Translations under genes and position numbers: made by a program
Origin: Eledone cirrhosa
Taxonomy: Eukaryota
Length of the DNA: 64,000 bases
NCBI GenBank assembly: GCA_964016885.1
Contig: OZ024740.1
Span: 238,948,001 to 239,012,000 of the forward strand
Direction: 5' to 3'
The notes under the pieces: generated by a model
The model's database searches: none
What the model was told of the DNA's origin: nothing
Seen by the model: only the letters and a program-made list of their open reading frames with translations
In this document: piece by piece, positions 48,701-60,700 of the stretch
Position numbering within the stretch: position 1 is the stretch's first letter
Layout: each line of letters opens with the position of its first letter

Positions 48701-51700
48701 CTACTAAATGAGGAGAATAAATGGGAAAAAGATAGTCTGCCCCAAATCGATCCAATAGAGGGACCAGCGGTGCAAGTTAAAGGTAGTATAATAAGTAAGG
48801 CAATCAAAGATATGAAGACAGGCAAGGCAGCTGGGCCTTCGGAGATAGATGCTGAAAGCATCTGGAATGGTGGGACACCCTATGGTCACCTGGATAGTAA
48901 ACCAAGTAATACAGAATGGGATCATACCAAATGACTGGTGTAGCAGCATCACCATTAACTGCTACAAGGGTAAAGGAGATGCTCTAGATAGGGGAAACTA
49001 CAGAGGCATTAAATTAGTTGACCAGGTCATGAAGTTCACAGAAAGAGTTATAGCGCAACTAATCAGAGAGTAAATTGATCTAGATGAAATGCAGTTTGGG
49101 TTTGTGTCGGGTAAAAGTACCACAGACGCTCTTTCCTTGTACGACAACCTCAGGAGAAGTACCTAGATAAGAGTAAACCCCTCTACTTAGCTTTTGTTGA
49201 CTTGGAGAAAGTCTTTGACAGAGTCCCCTGTTCCATATCTGGTGGGCTCTTAGAAAACTAGGTGTTGATGAATGGCTTGTGAGAGCTATACAAGCCATGT
49301 ATAAAGAAACAGTCAGCAAGGTTAGAATTAACAACGAGTATAGTGAAGAATTTAGTGTAAAAGTTGGTGTTCATCACGGCTCTGTCCTTAGCCCCCTCCT
49401 ATTTATTATTGCCCTTCAGACTATAACAGAGGAGTTCAAGACTGGCTGCCCATGGGAACTTCTATACGCTGATGATCTAACGCTCATAGCTGAATCAATG
49501 GCTGAACTAGAGAAGAAATTCCAAATATGGAAGCATGGCCTAGAATCAAAAGGCCTTAAAGTTAACTTGTCTAAGACTAAAGTTCTAGTATGTAGAAAGG
49601 AAAATAGGGAAATGGCCATGCTCAGTGTGTAGGAAAGGAGTAGGCAGAAATTCCATTTTATGTCCCAAATACAAACTGGGTACATAAAAGATGTAGTAGG
49701 ATCACAGGTAAGCTATCTAAGAACGTAGATTTTATATGTGCCCGATGCTCAGGTGCAATAAGTTGCAAATGCCCACAGGACACTATTGCCCAGATGGTTC
49801 TATAGAAATAGTGGACACCTTCCGTTACCTGGGTGACAAGATCAGCAGTGGTAGAGGGTGCTTTGAAAGTACAGTAGCCAGAGTCAGAACGGGATGGAAA
49901 AAGTTCAGAGAGGTTGTGTAGGTGTCACGACAAAAAAGCACACAGTTCACGCTGTAATGTGGCCGTGTAGGTAACATGGTAAAAACCAGCCGTAGAAAAC
50001 CTGCCAGACAGTCCTATACGAGCGAGACATGGTCTCCCGACCCATCTTGCCTCAAGTGGGATAATTCCTGTCTAAACCCATGCTAGCGTGGAAGATAGAC
50101 GTTAAATGATGATGATGATGATGTATTTCTGTTTTCATTTCTTGCCAGATCGAAGTAAAAGATAAAGACACTAAATATGATGAAACAATTGATGTAGAAG
50201 AAGAAAAAAGATTGTAAGTTATAATTTTGCTGTTTTTGTGATTTTTCATTGTTGAGAGTTTGGACAGTCTGTTACTTGTTATTAGTAAATAACAGAAATG
50301 ACCAAATGTTGTACTAAGTGTTAAATAGTGAAGGTATTTAGTTATGTGCTTTTATGTTATGGGTTCAAATCTTGAAGGGGTCAGTTTTGTTTTTCATCTA
50401 TATAGTGATACAATTAGTTATACTGCTCATCTAAAAATTTATGGACATATTTTAATACTGTTGGCAAGGCCATATTAATATTGTTGCTAAGGATGTATTA
50501 ATAATTGTTTCTACATTTGGCACAAGGCCAGCAATTATCCCAGTCCATTACTGGTACTTTATTTTATCGACTCCGTAAGGATGAAAGGCAAAGTTAATCT
50601 CGGCAGGATTTGAACTCAGACTGTAAAGGGCCGTAACTCTATGCTGCAAAGCATGGAGTCTGACTCTCTACCGATATTGCAAAAATGTTGTCACGGCTGT
50701 GTTAGTATTGTGGTTGTCAAAGTTGTGTTAATACTGTTGTTAAGCATGTCTTACTACTATTGTCATAGTGTTAATACTGCTGCTATGGTTGTGTGGTTAA
50801 GACGTTCACTTTGCAATGATGTGGTTTTGAGTTGAGTCTCAGTACATGGTATATTGGTCATGTATCTACCACTATAACCATGGGTCAACCCAAATCTTAC
50901 TTAACCTTTTCATTATCATATTTCTAATGAAAGACACTGCCTATGGTTTTCAAATCATTTTGATGACAATTAAGAATTTAGAAATATTTAATAATATAAA
51001 TAGTTTTCTCATTATTAAGATGGTATTAGGAGCATATCTTAACAAAGTTTCTTACATAGAATTAGGATGGAAGGGATTTAGATAAATATAAACACTTTAA
51101 AACAAATAGCTCTTTAGCATAGAATCGGGCAGTTTGGTTAAGAAACTGGGTTGACAGAAAACTAAGAAGCTCGTTGGGTGGTAAACATAATCCATTGCTT
51201 TGTTTAGCTCCACCATATGATCCTTTGATGTCTTTAGTGGAGTTCATTCTGTCACCAGATTTAGGACTATATTTCTCTATTGTTACTGTTGACAATCTGA
51301 GTTCAAACCCTGCTGAAGTTAGCTTTGCTTTTTATCATTCTTAGGATGATAAAATAAAGTATCAGTAAAGTACTGGTTCGATTTCAATGACTTGGCTTGT
51401 GTCTAGTACTGTTGACAAGTTTATGGTAACTATAATAGTATAACCTGGCTACTACTTTGAATTATAAGTACAATCCATCTGATGAGCTTCCACACAATTT
51501 CCATCTACTCAGTTTCACTCACAAGGCTTGGATCAACCCGAGATTTTGGTAAAGGACACTTGCCCAAGATGCTATGCTGTGGGTTTGTCCTTTGGACCTT
51601 ATTGCAAAGCAAACTTGAGCCATGCCTGCATCTATATGTAATACTCCTTTTGGAATGAGTTAATTTATGAATTTACTCATTGCTTAGTATAGTATTGCTA

Positions 51701-54700
51701 TATAAATGTTATATAGTTTCCCTGTTGATTTACAATGTGGACAAAATTACTATTAATAAATACAAAATTCACTGCTAAATTATTTTTGGTTTTCTTTTGA
51801 CAGATTAATGAAGATGAGAGAAGAGAAAGAAAATGAACTATTTCCTGATGAGGTTGACACACCATTTGATAATAATGCTAAAACTAGGTTTGCACGGTAA
51901 GTAAAATTTATTCTGTTTCTTTTCTTTGAAAACTTTCACTTCTATTAGAACACAGATTATCCAAAATTCTTCTCCAGTTTGTCCTGGCCTGTCTTGTTGC
52001 TTTCTCTAATTCTTTTTGAGATATATCCCAGTCTTATTAGCTCTGTTTTACATAGAATATTCTCCTTTTTATCACACTATTTTTAAGAAAGTTAGTAAAG
52101 ATTTCTTATGATGATTGAAAATTGTATTTCTCTCTTGTATTTTATTTATCTGTCTCTTTTACATCTGCTTTTCCATTCTTGCATGGGTTGGATGGGTCTT
52201 TTCTAGCACAGCTTCTGTCCACTTACTTTATTTCTTCAGCATCTCCTCTGTCAGATTTAAAATCTGCTCTCACCACTTTTAGCCAGATCTTCCTTGGCCT
52301 CCTATCGCTTCCTTCCACTGGGAACTCCTGCTACTCCTCCACTCGCCAATCATCACTATGTCTGCACCACTACATTTGATTCCTCTTATATTTAGTTTTC
52401 CTGTCTGCTCATTCGGGCTTTGCTGTTGATATTAACATCACACATCAATCGAAGCATGCTTACTTCATTTCTCTTCAATCTCTGCATATCCTCTACAGTT
52501 ACTGCTCATTTTGCATGCAGGTCTCGTACAGCTGGCCTTTCGTTTATTGAGAGAAACCTTTTCTTGTCAGCAGAGGCAGTAGTTCTATGTACTTTTTCCA
52601 GCCTGTTCCTATTCTAGCTACCTTACTTTCAGAGCAATCTCCTCCACTATAAATTCACCCACCTATGTAACAAGCTATCAATTAATTCTATGGAGCTTTC
52701 CTGGTATTGGAGAAAGTTTATTGCACTAGAGCTCATACTACTAATTACTCCTGTGCATTTCCTACATACAAAACCTACCTTTTATGTCTATAATCACACT
52801 ACATCTTTTGTATACCCATGTTTTACATTGTGTACATTGTATAGTGTTCCCATGTACTTCTTTTCTACATATTGAACATGGCCACTTCCCTGATTAGACT
52901 GTATCCCTGTCTTCTTTCGTACTTACTAAAGCATTTAGTGTTTGCTAAGATTACACTGAGTCTTTTTGATTTTAAATTCTGTTTCAACAGTAGGAATTCC
53001 ATAGGTTCAGCAATAAAAACCAGGTTGTCAGTATACAGAGGTTACCATGGACATCCAGTCATACATTCCTCTGTTATGGTTTGGAGAACTCTAATAAATA
53101 GGAGGGGGCTGAAGACTAAGCTTGATGGACATCTCCCTGCACATTGAATTCTTCACTAAACTCATTACCTACTCTTGGTTGCTCTCACAAGTCACTCAAT
53201 CATCCACCCAATTTCTTTAAGGACCCAGATTGCAAATTGCAGAACTCTGTCAAGGCTTTCTCCAGATCAACAAAAGCTAGATATAGATTGGCTAGGAACT
53301 TATTGATCCATTAGTTTTATGGTTCTGTAGTTGTTTCTTTATAGAACATCATCTTTTCTCTTGTAGCAACTAGTGATTATACTGCTATGCCACTCATTGG
53401 ATATGACACCATCCATATATTACCTGATTGACTATACAGGTGACTATCTTGACTACTACTTCACCAGATGATTTCAGCAATTATCACTTTCCAATGTACA
53501 CCATCAACAACATCCTACCACCACAACAACTATACCATCAACCCCAAACAACCATGATTACATCACCAATCCCTTATTGACCTGACTAACATCACTTAAA
53601 CTTTCCTTAGTAGGTTATTGGCATAACCCTTCTCTGAAACTGTTAAAATAATATTAATTAATTCTTACTGACTTTATTTACATTTTCTTCCAAACAGTTA
53701 TCGAGGCTTAAATAGTTTCCGAACATCTCCATGGGATCCCAAGGAAAACCTTCCCATTGATTATGCCAGAATCTTCCAGTTTGGTAATTTTAAGCGAACA
53801 AAGAAGAGAGTCATAAATGAAGAATTGGATGGTGCTATGGTAAGATATTCTCTTAAAGTTTTTATATTGATATAATTGAATATAATATTCCTCACATAAT
53901 ATAGGTTAATGTATGCATGTCTTCATATGTGCAGATATATATTGTTGACAGGGAGGGCATACAGCTGTAGAAAACATGTCAAAGATAGGGGCGAAAGGAT
54001 TCTTCAGTTGTATCTAAGACATGACAACCTTCCTAGTGTTGGTGTCATGATAAAATGCACCCAGTGTACTCTGTAAAGTGTAGCGAGATACGGCCTCTTG
54101 CCCAGCCCATCTGTGAGGTCTGCAGCTCTGATTAATTACTGACAAGCTCGGTTCAAACCTGTGTAAGGAAAATGGACATTAAATGATGATGTCTATATGT
54201 ATGAATGTATGTCTCTATGTGTTGATGTATATTTTAATATATGTATCAGTGTATGTCAAAGTATGTATGTGTAGATATATGTTTATGTGTGAATATATGT
54301 CTGTCTGTGTTGTATATCTTTATGTGTGTTTCAAAGTATGTATAAGTATTTAACAGGAAAAATGGTTGATGTGTATGTATATTTTAAAGGAGCATTTCAT
54401 ACTTAAATACTCCTGCGTCGAAGGTCAATATTTTAGCAGTATTATATAGGTGTAGTAGTCCTATTATAATTACCAATTTAGCAGAGTTATAGAAGTAGTG
54501 ATGTAATAGTTATAGCGCCACAAGTAAGCAGTTTGGAAGAAAGATATGATAGGAATATCGACAACGACTTTAACTTGTTTTACATTATTTATTAACAAAG
54601 GTTGAGCTGAGTAGAGCTGAGTAGAGCTGACATGCCAAGAGAAATAAAACAAACGAATTAAGATTTCAGAAAAGCACAGTCTACTGGCTGAAGTGTTGCC

Positions 54701-57700
54701 AGGCCGTGGTTAAATTGTTGTGTTGAAGTTAAACATAAAAGGGTTACAAAAGGAATGTGGCATTGTGCCAGGCCCAAAGAAGGCCGACAGGCCAAAGTGC
54801 AAATCTCACCATTACATATTGTTTGATATGTAGAGAGATTTTTTTAGCTGACACGGGAATTTTTCCCTCAGGGTGCGTAGAGATACATCTCCTCCGCTGG
54901 CGGTCATTGGCTGGGCTGAGCCAAATACACACGGAGAATGTATATGAGCCCGCGGAATGTAGGTCACTACAAGTATATATAAGGGTCAGTTGAAAAGTTC
55001 ATAGTCTGACCAAGATACTCTCATGGAATGACCAAATGAAGTTTATTTTTCAACATAGTCCTTGGAAAGGAACAATGCAGTTAATAATAAAAAGAGTTGA
55101 AATTAATGCCTGCAAGATTTCACAGCTCTAGCATCACTCCTTCGTAGTCAGCCTATGAACTTTTCAGCTGACCCATGTATGTGCAGGTATATGTTAATGT
55201 GTCAGTGTATCTCTATGTATGTATGTATTTATTTATATGTGTATTTATATAATCATGTATTAAATATGTGGATGAAACATGGTCGAATGGTTAAGAATTT
55301 TGCTTCACAATCATTAGGTCGTGGGTTCAATACCATTTTGTTGCATCTTGAGCAAATGTTGACCTATGTCTTGTGAATGAAATTGGGTAGACAGAAACTG
55401 TTTGGAAGCTTGTCAGATGGATGTGCTAGCCTTGTCACATTGTAAGTATTATGTTAAGGCTACACTTGTCTCGACTGCTTAGCCACTTGCACTTAAATTT
55501 CACAGTTATGCTGTTCCGTTGATTGAACAACTGGAATATTCATTGATAAGAATGCTGTGGTCCATTCTCTTCTATTGTACACTAAACATGTTCATTGGTG
55601 TGAGTGGAATCATTTTGTATATTTGGTGTTTTATCTGTTGTATTTCTCAGTGGAGTGTATGTTCAATGACCTTTTAGTTATTTACTGCATGTCTTGTTGT
55701 ATTAAAAAGAATCTGACTCTTTCATGAAACATAAACCAATATCCTTAACATTGCAGCCTGGCTGGTTCATAACAGTCCATATTAAAGATGTTCCCAGAGC
55801 TTTTATGGGTAAGGTAGCTCATTCATGCTTTTCTGTAATTATATAGTCACTAAAGTAATATTGCTTTGGATTAACCCTTTTATTACTATATTGTTTTAAT
55901 AAAATACATTGTATTTGAATTGATTAATGAAAAATTTGGAAGGGTTTACTAAATTATTAAGGTAGTATTTGTAACGTAGCTAAAGGTTCATATATAAAAT
56001 TATGTTGGAAGATTTTAATTTAAATAGGACCCCTTTAAAATGAGTGGTTTTGTTCCAGTATTATTAACCCTTTCGTCTGATGACTGTCACCCCTCTGCCC
56101 TAATGTGTCATCCGCCATGTGGTCCTGGCTGACAGAATGGAGAAGACATTGCCCTCGAGGATGGTGAGGGAAACGCACTGGAACAGCACTCCACCTTGTG
56201 GGGAGCCAACTCCGCTCCGATAGCAGTGAGCAAGGATGTGGTCCAGGGGCCAAGATAGTCAGAAGTCTCTACTAGTACTATTTATACCATTTAAACATTG
56301 TCTATTATAATAATATTCATATATAAAAATCTTATCATCTGACATCTCTTTTTCTATCCATGCTGGCATGGGATAGATAGGTCTTGCAACATCTTGATGC
56401 CATTCCAAACACAAACCTCATAACAGTGAATTGAGTACATTTTACTGTGCAACCAGCACTAATGCCTTTCTTCTCTACATTGTGTCATTCTTTTTGCGTG
56501 GTTTTCTGTTTGAAATATCTGTTTTTGGTCTTTTTAAGATTCCCACACACCAGGTAAACCTGTGATCATGTTTGGTTTGTTACCACATGAACAGAAAATG
56601 ACTGTTATGAATTTCATCATCCGGCGCAAATTTACATGTGAAGAACCAGTCAAATCAAAGGAACGGCTTATCTTCCAGGCTGGCTTCCGACGCTTTGTTG
56701 CAGCCCCAATTTTCTCCCAGCATACTACAGGAAACAAATTTAAGGTATGTACCACATGCATTAGCAAAACATTCTTGAAAAATACAAATAGCAGTATGAC
56801 TGCATTACTTTAAAAACTAAAATCCTTTATTTACTTCAGTTAACTAGAAATTTTCACAATAATCTGTTCACTAGTAAAGATACTATGAACTACTGAATTA
56901 ACAAACCTGTTTTTAGGTATTTTCTGCTAAATCATTACAGGATGTTGACAGTTAAGAACAACAACAAAATACCTCACTATTTTAGTTCCTATTGTTTAGC
57001 CCCTGGTCATGCTGGTGGTCAGTCAAATGACAGATCCATATTTCCACTTTGCTGGGGATCACATTGTACACTCCAGAATGTAACAATGAATCATGGAGTG
57101 CAGTTGCACCCTTTTCACTGTGTAGTCTGTTTATGAATGCTCAGCAAGTTTTTGGTGGCCACAGCAAAGAAGAGGCAGAATGTGACTATTTTTTTAAATT
57201 TGGTGCTAATAGGAAGCTACTTTTTATTAGGTTTGTGTGTATTCAAGAGAGGTGAGAGAAAGAGATTTAAAGTAATGTGGTAGTGAAAAATTACCCATAG
57301 TATCTTGGCAATAAGTATAGACTCACAAAATATAAATATTTATCTGGGAAAAATTCAAAGAAAGATTTCAATTGCATTTGAAATTTTTTTATGAATTAAA
57401 ATATGGAATAATATCTATTAGCTATTTAGGAATTATCTCATAATTTTTGTGTCATCACCCATGAAGAATTACTTCAAGCTAGTCTCCATTAGAGAGAAAG
57501 ATAGAGAGAGGAATCGATCGACAAGATCCCAAACCTCATTTGCTTACAAGTGAGGTGGAGCTTGTCAAATCGGATCAAGGAGACAATTTTTCCATTGGTC
57601 TTTCCATTGGTGATGCTATCTACCAGTCACAACTCCTGGCCGAAGGAACCATGGGAAATAAAGTGTCTTGCCTAAGAACATAATGTATCGTCCGGTCTAG

Positions 57701-60700
57701 TAATCAAACTCATAACCTCACAATTGCGAATCCAATTCTCTAAGACTCAATTCTATAAGAAAGACAACACAAAGTAAGGGTAATATCTAACCTTTGTGTT
57801 GATACTCTTTATTGTTCTGTGAAGTTCAGTTTGAAATCTTATTTTAGTTTTGAATCTTCTCACTCCTGGTAAATTCGTGTATTGATTTTCTTTTCTTATA
57901 GTTTGAAAGATTTTTAGCACAAAAAACTACAACAGTTGCCACAGTGTTTGCTCCCGTAACATTTCCTCCAGCTCCAGTTTTAGTTTTTAAACAGGATTTA
58001 TCAGGCAAGTATTTTCTACTATTTAACCCTTTTGTTACCACATTTTCAATGAAAGACACTGTCTATGATTTTGAAAATAACCAAGAATTTAATGGGATTT
58101 AGTAATATAATCATTATTTGGAACATAGCTTAACAAAGATTCATACATAAAATTATGATAGAGGATTTTTAGATAAATGTAAACACTATAAAACATAGAA
58201 CTAGAGGCAGTTTCCAGTGGTTTTGTATCAAAAGAGTTTACCTGAGGTGGAAAAGTAGTGCTTATAAGCCTGCTTCTCGAATGTAGTGCTATATAGCACA
58301 CTGGATCATATTTTCTCACTGAATAAGTGTATTTTGTTTTTTATATTTAACTAAGCATCACCCGGACTGGTGAAAGTCAACAGTTATTTGTTGGTTAATA
58401 TAATCGATTAGAGCCTGGTGAGATTTAGTAGTTAGTAGTTGGTTCATGTAGTAGATTATGGTCTGGGGAGATTCTGAGTTTAATATGATAGGCAGAGATA
58501 TCAACTCTTTAGTTGTTACAACACACATGTATAGGTTTTACTAGCTTCCTATAAGGTTGCATCTCATAGAAAGTTTTTTCAATGTTTTAATGACAGGGGG
58601 TCCAGTCATATCGTGCAAACCATTTTTCTGATGGCAGGAAGTAGGATTTGAAATTAGAACATTACTTGGAATAGATACTACAAATTTTCCAATCCATCCT
58701 GGACTTGACGCTCCCAAAGAATGAAATGCAAAGTTGATTGGCTCGCCCATTGTGGGATGCCTCCACCATAGCAAGCAATACCTAGCCTGAAACTTTCTCT
58801 CTCCTTTTTACATAATGAAACAACATCCGGTCATGCTAGTGCCATAATAAAAAACGCAAAGTCCATCCAGTAAGGTGGTATTGCTGGTGCTAAGATCAAG
58901 ACAGCATCCAGTCCACTCTAATTTGGTCATACTGATGTTATGACAAAAATACTTGGTCTACCCTGTAAGCCGGTAACTTAGTTGGCGTTAGGAAGGGCAT
59001 CCACATATACAAAACCAAACCAAAAATGAAGTGTATGAGCAAGAATTGGTCACCTGACCTATCTACTTCATAACATGACAGCTTGTCTACTTCATACAAG
59101 CATGGAAAATTGATGATGATGACGACATCAGTGAGATTTGAACTTGGAAGACAGAGAGCCAAAACAAATACCATAAGGCAGGCATGTAAAACATGTGGCC
59201 TGCACAAAGGTTTTTACAGTGTGAGTGTAATATAAAATAAAAAAATATTAGTTGTAATGTGTGACCCTCAGACAACACATGTGGCCCTAGGGGGACTCTC
59301 AGTTTGACATGCCTGCCATAAGGTCTTTATTCTCTGTTGAAACAATGTAACTGAGCTTATTAAAATAGAGACATCAGCATGATGGTAGCCAATATAATGT
59401 TTTAATTACAGACAGTTAATACACAAGACATGTCAAGCTTCATGTTAGTCAGATGCCACTATATCATAGTTTTTGTAGTGTTAGGTGAAGCTTAGAGATT
59501 CATATGTATATCTGGTTTCATGTATTCTCCTATCTTGTTAGCAGTGAAGCTGTTTTCACTCTGAAGTTGAGTAATGTTTTGTGTAACCTGTGTTGATATT
59601 TTTAGTCATCATCATTTTTATGTCCATTTTCTATGTCAGCATATGTTGAGCAAGATGTTTTAAGATATTTTTTACAACTGGATGCTCTACCTGACACCAA
59701 CACTTTTATTTGTCTTTTATAACATACAGGGATAATGTGTATCTATTCTAAAAATCAGGATGTATATGGCAACCTTTGAACATTTTTGAATTATTTGTCA
59801 TCCAGTGATTAGTTGCTGTATCTACAGAGTGTTCTTACTTGATATAACTCCTTTGATCTTGAAACATTTCAGGAGAAATTGTTTTGTTTTATATTATTTT
59901 TATTATTCCTACAATCCTGAACATTCTGCAGATAAACATATAAAAGCAGAACATTCAAGTAAAACAACCATTTTTATTTCTAGGTGACCATGACCTGATA
60001 GCTACAGGGTCAATAATGTCAGCTGATCCCAACCGAATTGTAACCAAACGTATTGTACTCAGTGGACATCCATTCAAGATAAATAAGAGGGCAGCTGTGG
60101 TCCGCTATATGTTTTTTAATAGAGGTACAATTTCAAGTTGTTTTTAATTTCTGTCTATTTAACCCTTTTATTACCATATTTCTAATGAAATACACTGCCT
60201 GATGTGTTTCAATTAATTTTGAAAATAACCCAAAATATGAAGGAATTTAATAAAATGACCAAGTTTTTCATTAGTAATTTAATAAATTTTAATATAAAAA
60301 TAAACATTTTAAAAAGGAGCAGTTTTCTACCGCAATCCTTGGTAGTTTCAAGCAGTTTGTTATCAAAAGGGTTAAATATATCACAATTGAGTGGTCATCA
60401 TGCTGCTGTAAAACCACAACTTCCAACTATACATGGACATCCATGAGTCAACTAGCAGGCAAATTCACCCAATGCACATTCATCTTAAAACAGCAATGAT
60501 ACATTGGACAATATTGTCCAAGATATATAAAAATATGTGGGAGTCAAGGCTGAAATGCCTTTGATCATAGCTTGATGAAGGTTGACCTACAGTTAAGTAA
60601 CAACATAAACATTCATTCAGGCCAACAAATAGCAAAATGATAGGAAGAACAATTGTGACAAACTAGATATGTTACTTCATAGTTTTGAATTTGCTGTTAG

